Shown piece after piece: positions 41,601 to 53,600 of a stretch of 64,000 nucleotides of DNA. The stretch is from Scenedesmus sp. PABB004 (lineage: Eukaryota), in contig JABVCE010000027.1 of the NCBI GenBank assembly GCA_014905635.1, positions 62,001 to 126,000 on the forward strand, written 5' to 3'. Below the pieces are notes generated by a model. It was not told the DNA's origin. It searched no databases and saw nothing but the letters and a program-made list of their open reading frames with translations. The position numbers were made by a program, and so were the translations under genes. Positions within the stretch are counted from its first letter, which is position 1; each line of letters opens with the position of its first letter.

Positions 41601-44600
41601 GCGCTGCACCGCCGCAGCCCGAGCCCCTCGCCGAGCCCGGCGCCGCTCAACCCTTACAACGTTGAGAGCCCGAGCCCGTCGCCGAGCCCGTCGCCCGAGC
41701 CGAGCCCGAGGTGAGAGCTTGCTGCGCGCTGGTTGGGGGCGCAGCAGCGCGCGGCTGGCCGCCGCCGCCGCGAGGGAGGGCCACGCGTGCCGCCGGTTGC
41801 GTTCCCTCGGCCGGGCTCACCGTGTCGGCCCGCGCTGCACCGCCGCAGCCCGAGCCCCTCGCCGAGCCCGGCGCCGCTCAACCCTTACAACGTTGAGAGC
41901 CCGAGCCCGTCGCCGAGCCCGTCGCCCGAGCCGAGCCCGAGGTGAGAGCTTGCTGCGCGCTGGTTGGGGGCGCAGCAGCGCGCGGCTGGCCGCCGCCGCC
42001 GCGAGGGAGGGCCACGCGTGCCGCCGGTTGCGTTCCCTCGGCCGGGCTCACCGTGTCGGCCCGCGCTGCACCGCCGCAGCCCGAGCCCCTCGCCGAGCCC
42101 GGCGCCGCTCAACCCTTACAACGTTGAGAGCCCGAGCCCGTCGCCGAGCCCGTCGCCCGAGCCGAGCCCGAGGTGAGAGCTTGCTGCGCGCTGGTTGGGG
42201 GCGCAGCAGCGCGCGGCTGGCCGCCGCCGCCGCGAGGGAGGGCCACGCGTGCCGCCGGTTGCGTTCCCTCGGCCGGGCTCACCGTGTCGGCCCGCGCTGC
42301 ACCGCCGCAGCCCGAGCCCCTCGCCGAGCCCGGCGCCGCTCAACCCTTACAACGTTGAGAGCCCGAGCCCGTCGCCGAGCCCGTCGCCCGAGCCGAGCCC
42401 GAGGTGAGAGCTTGCTGCGCGCTGGTTGGGGGCGCAGCAGCGCGCGGCTGGCCGCCGCCGCCGCGAGGGAGGGCCACGCGTGCCGCCGGTTGCGTTCCCT
42501 CGGCCGGGCTCACCGTGTCGGCCCGCGCTGCACCGCCGCAGCCCGAGCCCCTCGCCGAGCCCGGCGCCGCTCAACCCTTACAACGTTGAGAGCCCGAGCC
42601 CGTCGCCGAGCCCGTCGCCCGAGCCGAGCCCGAGGTGAGAGCTTGCTGCGCGCTGGTTGGGGGCGCAGCAGCGCGCGGCTGGCCGCCGCCGCCGCGAGGG
42701 AGGGCCACGCGTGCCGCCGGTTGCGTTCCCTCGGCCGGGCTCACCGTGTCGGCCCGCGCTGCACCGCCGCAGCCCGAGCCCCTCGCCCAGCCGAGCCCGT
42801 CGAGCCCCTCGCCGAGCCCGGCGCCGCTCAACCCTTACAACGTTGAGAGCCCGAGCCCGTCGCCGAGCCCGTCGCCCGAGCCGAGCCCGAGGTGAGAGCT
42901 TGCTGCGCGCTGGTTGGGGGCGCAGCAGCGCGCGGCTGGCCGCCGCCGCCGCGAGGGAGGGCCACGCGTGCCGCCGGTTGCGTTCCCTCGGCCGGGCTCA
43001 CCGTGTCGGCCCGCGCTGCACCGCCGCAGCCCGAGCCCCTCGCCCAGTCCGAGCCCGTCGCCGAGCCCCTCGCCGAGCCCGGCGCCGCTCAACCCTTACA
43101 ACGTTGAGAGCCCGAGCCCGTCGCCGAGCCCGTCGCCCGAGCCGAGCCCGAGGTGAGAGCTTGCTGCGCGCTGGTTGGGGGCGCAGCAGCGCGCGGCTGG
43201 CCGCCGCCGCCGCGAGGGAGGGCCACGCGTGCCGCCGGTTGCGTTCCCTCGGCCGGGCTCACCGTGTCGGCCCGCGCTGCACCGCCGCAGCCCGAGCCCC
43301 TCGCCCAGTCCGAGCCCGTCGCCGAGCCCCTCGCCGAGCCCGGCGCCGCTCAACCCTTACAACGTTGAGAGCCCGAGCCCGTCGCCGAGCCCGTCGCCCG
43401 AGCCGAGCCCGAGGTGAGAGCTTGCTGCGCGCTGGTTGGGGGCGCAGCAGCGCGCGGCTGGCCGCCGCCGCCGCGAGGGAGGGCCACGCGTGCCGCCGGT
43501 TGCGTTCCCTCGGCCGGGCTCACCGTGTCGGCCCGCGCTGCACCGCCGCAGCCCGAGCCCCTCGCCCAGCCGAGCCCGTCGCCGAGCCCCTCGCCGAGCC
43601 CGGCGCCGCTCAACCCTTACAACGTTGAGAGCCCGAGCCCGTCGCCGAGCCCGTCGCCCGAGCCGAGCCCGAGGTGAGAGCTTGCTGCGCGCTGGTTGGG
43701 GGCGCAGCAGCGCGCGGCTGGCCGCCGCCGCCGCGAGGGAGGGCCACGCGTGCCGCCGGTTGCGTTCCCTCGGCCGGGCTCACCGTGTCGGCCCGCGCTG
43801 CACCGCCGCAGCCCGAGCCCCTCGCCCAGTCCGAGCCCGTCGCCGAGCCCCTCGCCGAGCCCGGCGCCGCTCAACCCTTACAACGTTGAGAGCCCGAGCC
43901 CGTCGCCGAGCCCGTCGCCCGAGCCGAGCCCGAGGTGAGAGCTTGCTGCGCGCTGGTTGGGGGCGCAGCAGCGCGCGGCTGGCCGCCGCCGCCGCGAGGG
44001 AGGGCCACGCGTGCCGCCGGTTGCGTTCCCTCGGCCGGGCTCACCGTATCGGCCCGCGCTGCACCGCCGCAGCCCGAGCCCCTCGCCCAGTCCGAGCCCG
44101 TCGCCGAGCCCCTCGCCGAGCCCGGCGCCGCTCAACCCTTACAACGTTGAGAGCCCGAGCCCGTCGCCGAGCCCGTCGCCCGAGCCGAGCCCGAGGTGAG
44201 AGCTTGCTGCGCGCTGGTTGGGGGCGCAGCAGCGCGCGGCTGGCCGCCGCCGCCGCGAGGGAGGGCCACGCGTGCCGCCGGTTGCGTTCCCTCGGCCGGG
44301 CTCACCGTGTCGGCCCGCGCTGCACCGCCGCAGCCCGAGCCCCTCGCCGAGCCCGGCGCCGCTCAACCCTTACAACGTTGAGAGCCCGAGCCCGTCGCCG
44401 AGCCCGTCGCCCGAGCCGAGCCCGAGGTGAGAGCTTGCTGCGCGCTGGTTGGGGGCGCAGCAGCGCGCGGCTGGCCGCCGCCGCCGCGAGGGAGGGCCAC
44501 GCGTGCCGCCGGTTGCGTTCCCTCGGCCGGGCTCACCGTGTCGGCCCGCGCTGCACCGCCGCAGCCCGAGCCCCTCGCCCAGTCCGAGCCCGTCGCCGAG

Positions 44601-47600
44601 CCCCTCGCCGAGCCCGGCGCCTGCCAACGCCAGCAGCAGCGTTGAGCAGCCCGAGCCCGTCGCCGAGCCCGTCGCCCGAGCCGAGCCCGAGGTGAGAGCT
44701 TGCTGCGCGCTGGTTGGGGGCGCAGCAGCGCGCGGCTGGCCGCCGCCGCCGCGAGGGAGGGCCACGCGTGCCGCCGGTTGCGTTCCCTCGGCCGGGCTCA
44801 CCGTGTCGGCCCGCGCTGCACCGCCGCAGCCCGAGCCCCTCGCCGAGCCCGGCGCCGCTCAACCCTTACAACGTTGAGAGCCCGAGCCCGTCGCCGAGCC
44901 CGTCGCCCGAGCCGAGCCCGAGGTGAGAGCTTGCTGCGCGCTGGTTGGGGGCGCAGCAGCGCGCGGCTGGCCGCCGCCGCCGCGAGGGAGGGCCACGCGT
45001 GCCGCCGGTTGCGTTCCCTCGGCCGGGCTCACCGTGTCGGCCCGCGCTGCACCGCCGCAGCCCGAGCCCCTCGCCCAGTCGCCCGAGCCCCTCGCCGAGC
45101 CCGGCGCCGCTCAACCCTTACAACGTTGAGAGCCCGAGCCCGTCGCCGAGCCCGTCGCCCGAGCCGAGCCCGAGGTGAGAGCTTGCTGCGCGCTGGTTGG
45201 GGGCGCAGCAGCGCGCGGCTGGCCGCCGCCGCCGCGAGGGAGGGCCACGCGTGCCGCCGGTTGCGTTCCCTCGGCCGGGCTCACCGTGTCGGCCCGCGCT
45301 GCACCGCCGCAGCCCGAGCCCCTCGCCCAGTCCGAGCCCGTCGCCGAGCCCCTCGCCGAGCCCGGCGCCTGCCAACCCAGCAGCAGCGTTGAGAGCCCGA
45401 GCCCGTCGCCGAGCCCGTCGCCCGAGCCGAGCCCGAGGTGAGAGCTTGCTGCGCGCTGGTTGGGGGCGCAGCAGCGCGCGGCTGGCCGCCGCCGCCGCGA
45501 GGGAGGGCCACGCGTGCCGCCGGTTGCGTTCCCTCGGCCGGGCTCACCGTGTCGGCCCGCGCTGCACCGCCGCAGCCCGAGCCCCTCGCCGAGCCCGGCG
45601 CCGCTCAACCCTTACAACGTTGAGAGCCCGAGCCCGTCGCCGAGCCCGTCGCCCGAGCCGAGCCCGAGGTGAGAGCTTGCTGCGCGCTGGTTGGGGGCGC
45701 AGCAGCGCGCGGCTGGCCGCCGCCGCCGCGAGGGAGGGCCACGCGTGCCGCCGGTTGCGTTCCCTCGGCCGGGCTCACCGTGTCGGCCCGCGCTGCACCG
45801 CCGCAGCCCGAGCCCCTCGCCCAGTCCGAGCCCGTCGCCGAGCCCCTCGCCGAGCCCGGCGCCTGCCAACGCCAGCAGCAGCGTTGAGCAGCCCGAGCCC
45901 GTCGCCGAGCCCGTCGCCCGAGCCGAGCCCGAGGTGAGAGCTTGCTGCGCGCTGGTTGGGGGCGCAGCAGCGCGCGGCTGGCCGCCGCCGCCGCGAGGGA
46001 GGGCCACGCGTGCCGCCGGTTGCGTTCCCTCGGCCGGGCTCACCGTGTCGGCCCGCGCTGCACCGCCGCAGCCCGAGCCCCTCGCCGAGCCCGGCGCCGC
46101 TCAACCCTTACAACGTTGAGAGCCCGAGCCCGTCGCCGAGCCCGTCGCCCGAGCCGAGCCCGAGGTGAGAGCTTGCTGCGCGCTGGTTGGGGGCGCAGCA
46201 GCGCGCGGCTGGCCGCCGCCGCCGCGAGGGAGGGCCACGCGTGCCGCCGGTTGCGTTCCCTCGGCCGGGCTCACCGTGTCGGCCCGCGCTGCACCGCCGC
46301 AGCCCGAGCCCCTCGCCGAGCCCGGCGCCGCTCAACCCTTACAACGTTGAGAGCCCGAGCCCGTCGCCGAGCCCGTCGCCCGAGCCGAGCCCGAGGTGAG
46401 AGCTTGCTGCGCGCTGGTTGGGGGCGCAGCAGCGCGCGGCTGGCCGCCGCCGCCGCGAGGGAGGGCCACGCGTGCCGCCGGTTGCGTTCCCTCGGCCGGG
46501 CTCACCGTGTCGGCCCGCGCTGCACCGCCGCAGCCCGAGCCCCTCGCCCAGTCCGAGCCCGTCGCCGAGCCCCTCGCCGCTCAACCCTTACAACGTTGAG
46601 AGCCCGAGCCCGTCGCCGAGCCCGTCGCCCGAGCCGAGCCCGAGGTGAGAGCTTGCTGCGCGCTGGTTGGGGGCGCAGCAGCGCGCGGCTGGCCGCCGCC
46701 GCCGCGAGGGAGGGCCACGCGTGCCGCCGGTTGCGTTCCCTCGGCCGGGCTCACCGTATCGGCCCGCGCTGCACCGCCGCAGCCCGAGCCCCTCGCCCAG
46801 TCCGAGCCCGTCGCCGAGCCCCTCGCCGAGCCCGGCGCCGCTCAACCCTTACAACGTTGAGAGCCCGAGCCCGTCGCCGAGCCCGTCGCCCGAGCCGAGC
46901 CCGAGGTGAGAGCTTGCTGCGCGCTGGTTGGGGGCGCAGCAGCGCGCGGCTGGCCGCCGCCGCCGCGAGGGAGGGCCACGCGTGCCGCCGGTTGCGTTCC
47001 CTCGGCCGGGCTCACCGTATCGGCCCGCGCTGCACCGCCGCAGCCCGAGCCCCTCGCCCAGTCCGAGCCCGTCGCCGAGCCCCTCGCCGAGCCCGGCGCC
47101 GCTCAACCCTTACAACGTTGAGAGCCCGAGCCCGTCGCCGAGCCCGTCGCCCGAGCCGAGCCCGAGGTGAGAGCTTGCTGCGCGCTGGTTGGGGGCGCAG
47201 CAGCGCGCGGCTGGCCGCCGCCGCCGCGAGGGAGGGCCACGCGTGCCGCCGGTTGCGTTCCCTCGGCCGGGCTCACCGTATCGGCCCGCGCTGCACCGCC
47301 GCAGCCCGAGCCCCTCGCCCAGTCCGAGCCCGTCGCCGAGCCCCTCGCCGAGCCCGGCGCCGCTCAACCCTTACAACGTTGAGAGCCCGAGCCCGTCGCC
47401 GAGCCCGTCGCCCGAGCCGAGCCCGAGGTGAGAGCTTGCTGCGCGCTGGTTGGGGGCGCAGCAGCGCGCGGCTGGCCGCCGCCGCCGCGAGGGAGGGCCA
47501 CGCGTGCCGCCGGTTGCGTTCCCTCGGCCGGGCTCACCGTGTCGGCCCGCGCTGCACCGCCGCAGCCCGAGCCCCTCGCCGAGCCCGGCGCCGCTCAACC

Positions 47601-50600
47601 CTTACAACGTTGAGAGCCCGAGCCCGTCGCCGAGCCCGTCGCCCGAGCCGAGCCCGAGGTGAGAGCTTGCTGCGCGCTGGTTGGGGGCGCAGCAGCGCGC
47701 GGCTGGCCGGCGCCGCCGCGAGGGAGGGCCACGCGTGCCGCCGGTTGCGTTCCCTCGGCCGGGCTCACCGTGTCGGCCCGCGCTGCACCGCCGCAGCCCG
47801 AGCCCCTCGCCGAGCCCGGCGCCGCTCAACCCTTACAACGTTGAGAGCCCGAGCCCGTCGCCGAGCCCGTCGCCCGAGCCGAGCCCGAGGTGAGAGCTTG
47901 CTGCGCGCTGGTTGGGGGCGCAGCAGCGCGCGGCTGGCCGCCGCCGCCGCGAGGGAGGGCCACGCGTGCCGCCGGTTGCGTTCCCTCGGCCGGGCTCACC
48001 GTGTCGGCCCGCGCTGCACCGCCGCAGCCCGAGCCCCTCGCCGAGCCCGGCGCCGCTCAACCCTTACAACGTTGAGAGCCCGAGCCCGTCGCCGAGCCCG
48101 TCGCCCGAGCCGAGCCCGAGGTGAGAGCTTGCTGCGCGCTGGTTGGGGGCGCAGCAGCGCGCGGCTGGCCGCCGCCGCCGCGAGGGAGGGCCACGCGTGC
48201 CGCCGGTTGCGTTCCCTCGGCCGGGCTCACCGTATCGGCCCGCGCTGCACCGCCGCAGCCCGAGCCCCTCGCCCAGTCCGAGCCCGTCGCCGAGCCCCTC
48301 GCCGAGCCCGGCGCCGCTCAACCCTTACAACGTTGAGAGCCCGAGCCCGTCGCCGAGCCCGTCGCCCGAGCCGAGCCCGAGGTGAGAGCTTGCTGCGCGC
48401 TGGTTGGGGGCGCAGCAGCGCGCGGCTGGCCGCCGCCGCCGCGAGGGAGGGCCACGCGTGCCGCCGGTTGCGTTCCCTCGGCCGGGCTCACCGTGTCGGC
48501 CCGCGCTGCACCGCCGCAGCCCGAGCCCCTCGCCGAGCCCGGCGCCGCTCAACCCTTACAACGTTGAGAGCCCGAGCCCGTCGCCGAGCCCGTCGCCCGA
48601 GCCGAGCCCGAGGTGAGAGCTTGCTGCGCGCTGGTTGGGGGCGCAGCAGCGCGCGGCTGGCCGCCGCCGCCGCGAGGGAGGGCCACGCGTGCCGCCGGTT
48701 GCGTTCCCTCGGCCGGGCTCACCGTGTCGGCCCGCGCTGCACCGCCGCAGCCCGAGCCCCTCGCCGAGCCCGGCGCCGCTCAACCCTTACAACGTTGAGA
48801 GCCCGAGCCCGTCGCCGAGCCCGTCGCCCGAGCCGAGCCCGAGGTGAGAGCTTGCTGCGCGCTGGTTGGGGGCGCAGCAGCGCGCGGCTGGCCGCCGCCG
48901 CCGCGAGGGAGGGCCACGCGTGCCGCCGGTTGCGTTCCCTCGGCCGGGCTCACCGTGTCGGCCCGCGCTGCACCGCCGCAGCCCGAGCCCCTCGCCGAGC
49001 CCGGCGCCGCTCAACCCTTACAACGTTGAGAGCCCGAGCCCGTCGCCGAGCCCGTCGCCCGAGCCGAGCCCGAGGTGAGAGCTTGCTGCGCGCTGGTTGG
49101 GGGCGCAGCAGCGCGCGGCTGGCCGCCGCCGCCGCGAGGGAGGGCCACGCGTGCCGCCGGTTGCGTTCCCTCGGCCGGGCTCACCGTGTCGGCCCGCGCT
49201 GCACCGCCGCAGCCCGAGCCCCTCGCCGAGCCCGGCGCCGCTCAACCCTTACAACGTTGAGAGCCCGAGCCCGTCGCCGAGCCCGTCGCCCGAGCCGAGC
49301 CCGAGGTGAGAGCTTGCTGCGCGCTGGTTGGGGGCGCAGCAGCGCGCGGCTGGCCGCCGCCGCCGCGAGGGAGGGCCACGCGTGCCGCCGGTTGCGTTCC
49401 CTCGGCCGGGCTCACCGTGTCGGCCCGCGCTGCACCGCCGCAGCCCGAGCCCCTCGCCGAGCCCGGCGCCGCTCAACCCTTACAACGTTGAGAGCCCGAG
49501 CCCGTCGCCGAGCCCGTCGCCCGAGCCGAGCCCGAGGTGAGAGCTTGCTGCGCGCTGGTTGGGGGCGCAGCAGCGCGCGGCTGGCCGCCGCCGCCGCGAG
49601 GGAGGGCCACGCGTGCCGCCGGTTGCGTTCCCTCGGCCGGGCTCACCGTGTCGGCCCGCGCTGCACCGCCGCAGCCCGAGCCCCTCGCCGAGCCCGGCGC
49701 CGCTCAACCCTTACAACGTTGAGAGCCCGAGCCCGTCGCCGAGCCCGTCGCCCGAGCCGAGCCCGAGGTGAGAGCTTGCTGCGCGCTGGTTGGGGGCGCA
49801 GCAGCGCGCGGCTGGCCGCCGCCGCCGCGAGGGAGGGCCACGCGTGCCGCCGGTTGCGTTCCCTCGGCCGGGCTCACCGTGTCGGCCCGCGCTGCACCGC
49901 CGCAGCCCGAGCCCCTCGCCGAGCCCGGCGCCGCTCAACCCTTACAACGTTGAGAGCCCGAGCCCGTCGCCGAGCCCGTCGCCCGAGCCGAGCCCGAGGT
50001 GAGAGCTTGCTGCGCGCTGGTTGGGGGCGCAGCAGCGCGCGGCTGGCCGCCGCCGCCGCGAGGGAGGGCCACGCGTGCCGCCGGTTGCGTTCCCTCGGCC
50101 GGGCTCACCGTATCGGCCCGCGCTGCACCGCCGCAGCCCGAGCCCCTCGCCCAGTCCGAGCCCGTCGCCGAGCCCCTCGCCGAGCCCCGCGCCTGCCAAC
50201 GCCAGCAGCAGCGTTGCCAGCAGCCCGAGCCCGTCGCCGAGCCCGTCGCCCGAGCCGAGCCCGAGGTGAGAGCTTGCTGCGCGCTGGTTGGGGGCGCAGC
50301 AGCGCGCGGCTGGCCGCCGCCGCCGCGAGGGAGGGCCACGCGTGCCGCCGGTTGCGTTCCCTCGGCCGGGCTCACCGTGTCGGCCCGCGCTGCACCGCCG
50401 CAGCCCGAGCCCCTCGCCGAGCCCGGCGCCGCTCAACCCTTACAACGTTGAGAGCCCGAGCCCGTCGCCGAGCCCGTCGCCCGAGCCGAGCCCGAGGTGA
50501 GAGCTTGCTGCGCGCTGGTTGGGGGCGCAGCAGCGCGCGGCTGGCCGCCGCCGCCGCGAGGGAGGGCCACGCGTGCCGCCGGTTGCGTTCCCTCGGCCGG

Positions 50601-53600
50601 GCTCACCGTGTCGGCCCGCGCTGCACCGCCGCAGCCCGAGCCCCTCGCCGAGCCCGGCGCCGCTCAACCCTTACAACGTTGAGAGCCCGAGCCCGTCGCC
50701 GAGCCCGTCGCCCGAGCCGAGCCCGAGGTGAGAGCTTGCTGCGCGCTGGTTGGGGGCGCAGCAGCGCGCGGCTGGCCGCCGCCGCCGCGAGGGAGGGCCA
50801 CGCGTGCCGCCGGTTGCGTTCCCTCGGCCGGGCTCACCGTGTCGGCCCGCGCTGCACCGCCGCAGCCCGAGCCCCTCGCCGAGCCCGGCGCCGCTCAACC
50901 CTTACAACGTTGAGAGCCCGAGCCCGTCGCCGAGCCCGTCGCCCGAGCCGAGCCCGAGGTGAGAGCTTGCTGCGCGCTGGTTGGGGGCGCAGCAGCGCGC
51001 GGCTGGCCGCCGCCGCCGCGAGGGAGGGCCACGCGTGCCGCCGGTTGCGTTCCCTCGGCCGGGCTCACCGTGTCGGCCCGCGCTGCACCGCCGCAGCCCG
51101 AGCCCCTCGCCGAGCCCGGCGCCGCTCAACCCTTACAACGTTGAGAGCCCGAGCCCGTCGCCGAGCCCGTCGCCCGAGCCGAGCCCGAGGTGAGAGCTTG
51201 CTGCGCGCTGGTTGGGGGCGCAGCAGCGCGCGGCTGGCCGCCGCCGCCGCGAGGGAGGGCCACGCGTGCCGCCGGTTGCGTTCCCTCGGCCGGGCTCACC
51301 GTGTCGGCCCGCGCTGCACCGCCGCAGCCCGAGCCCCTCGCCCAGTCCGAGCCCGTCGCCGAGCCCCTCGCCGAGCCCGGCGCCTGCCAACGCCAGCAGC
51401 AGCGTTGCCAGCAGCCCGAGCCCGTCGCCGAGCCCGTCGCCCGAGCCGAGCCCGAGGTGAGAGCTTGCTGCGCGCTGGTTGGGGGCGCAGCAGCGCGCGG
51501 CTGGCCGCCGCCGCCGCGAGGGAGGGCCACGCGTGCCGCCGGTTGCGTTCCCTCGGCCGGGCTCACCGTGTCGGCCCGCGCTGCACCGCCGCAGCCCGAG
51601 CCCCTCGCCGAGCCCGGCGCCGCTCAACCCTTACAACGTTGAGAGCCCGAGCCCGTCGCCGAGCCCGTCGCCCGAGCCGAGCCCGAGGTGAGAGCTTGCT
51701 GCGCGCTGGTTGGGGGCGCAGCAGCGCGCGGCTGGCCGCCGCCGCCGCGAGGGAGGGCCACGCGTGCCGCCGGTTGCGTTCCCTCGGCCGGGCTCACCGT
51801 GTCGGCCCGCGCTGCACCGCCGCAGCCCGAGCCCCTCGCCGAGCCCGGCGCCGCTCAACCCTTACAACGTTGAGAGCCCGAGCCCGTCGCCGAGCCCGTC
51901 GCCCGAGCCGAGCCCGAGGTGAGAGCTTGCTGCGCGCTGGTTGGGGGCGCAGCAGCGCGCGGCTGGCCGCCGCCGCCGCGAGGGAGGGCCACGCGTGCCG
52001 CCGGTTGCGTTCCCTCAGCCGGGCTCACCGTGTCTGCCCGCGCTGCACCGCCGCAGCCCGAGCCCCTCGCCGAGTCCGAGCCCCTCGCCGAGCCCGGCGC
52101 CTGCCAACGCCATCAATGGCGTTGCCGTTGGCCTCTCACCAAGCCCGAGCCCCGTGCCAAGCCCGGCGCCGAGCGACAACACAGGGACGCCTGCACCGCC
52201 GCCACCTGCAGCGCCGCCAGCATTGCCGTCCCCCTCCCCCGTGCAGGAGCTGGCGCCCGGCCCTGCGCCGAGCGCACCGCCGCCGTCGCCCTCCCCTGCG
52301 CCTGCACCTGGGCTGGCGCCCTCGCCGTCGCCCTCCCCTGCGCAGGAGCTGCTCGGCACCTGCGGCGACACAAAGCCGGGCCAGGCGGACGCCCCGGTGC
52401 GCTTTGCTGCCTGCCCGCAGTACACCGAGTATGCGGAGGCGCTGGCGGGCGTGAGCCCGCCGAGCGCGCTCGCGTGCTGCGCGGCGACCTGCGGAAACGC
52501 TGCCGTCAGCACGCCCGCCAAGGCCTGGGAGTGCCCCACTGGCCGGCTCTTCCGGGACAATGTGACGGTGTTGACCCTCACAAACCCCTCGGACGAGCGC
52601 TGCTGCGAGCTGGGGGTCGCGTCGGAGAGCACAGTGGTGCTGGGCCTGCAAAAGACGGGGCCCACCGCGCCTGTGCGGCTGGGCGATGAGTTTGACTTCA
52701 CCATCACCATCACCGTTACCTCGCTCGGCCTCGACAGCGCCGCGCAGGGCGTGGTCGTCACGGACGAGCTGCCAGAGGGCTTTGCGTTTGCCGGCACGCC
52801 GCGTGCAGGTGCGCGGCTGGGCGCATGGCCGGGCCGCTTGGCCGCCAACTGCCGCGCGTGCGCTCGCACACGCTCACGCTCCGCCCGGCGCTGCCCCCGC
52901 GCCCCCGTGCTGCACAGACTGCAACTACCAGGGCCGCCGCGTGACGTGTGGGCTGGGCTCCGTTGTCGACAGCGCTGTGCTGGTGGTCCGCGTCAAGGCG
53001 GTCAAGGCCGGGCCCTGGGTCAATGTCGCAACGGTGACCGCCACCAACGACAAGAGCGGCCCCAAGAGCGGCTCTTCGCCGGTTGTGGCTGTGCTGGTGG
53101 GTGCCGCACTGCGGTCAGCCGCCTTGGGCGGGGTGCTGCGTGCGCACTCGGGCCAGCCCTTGCCCCGCCTAGCCCGGCGCTAATGCGTGCTCACCCCGTC
53201 GCCGTGCCGTCAACCGCAGGGCGCTTGCTGCGACGCGTCTGCACCCGCAGCGGCGAGCTTCTGCAGCTACACTACGCAGGAGGCCTGCACCGGCGGCGCG
53301 TTCAGCGTTGACAAGCCCTGCCAGCTCGCGGCCTGCCCCGCGCCGCGGCCGCCGGCCAAGGCCACCTGCGCAGACAGTCAGCCCGGTGCCGGTGCGCCCG
53401 TGCCGTTTGCGTGCCCGCCCGGCACCACGTTCAACGTCGCCGCAGCCGGCACGGCGCGCCCCAAAGCGCGCACGTGCTGCCTGGCGACCTGCGCCAACAC
53501 CAAGGTCAACTCCAAGACTCCGCGCCCCTTCAACTGCCGCGCGGCCGGCCCGACGCTCGTCAACGACCCCACCAAGGCCTCCGCCTCGCCGCCCAGCGCG

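Noticed and set aside
21280..42846. 7188-aa Arg/Ala-rich ORF (also 45942-52454, 2170 aa)
   Set aside because: It arises because the repeat units are multiples of 3 and one GC-rich frame lacks stops. It starts inside an intron with no ATG and reads through splice signals homologous to gene A introns. The spliced SP frame explains the sequence better.
22976..52056. CRISPR array or centromeric satellite
   Set aside because: There are no unique spacers or cas genes, and the context is eukaryotic. The units have intact splice signals and frame-preserving exons and lie inside a gene. A secondary chromatin role cannot be excluded from sequence alone.
9500..52056. Introner-type transposable introns (many near-identical introns)
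   Set aside because: The introns are duplicated together with their flanking exons in tandem, with no terminal inverted repeats or insertions into unrelated sites. The cpSRP43, FAN1 and ACC1 introns are unrelated in sequence. A genome-wide search would settle it.
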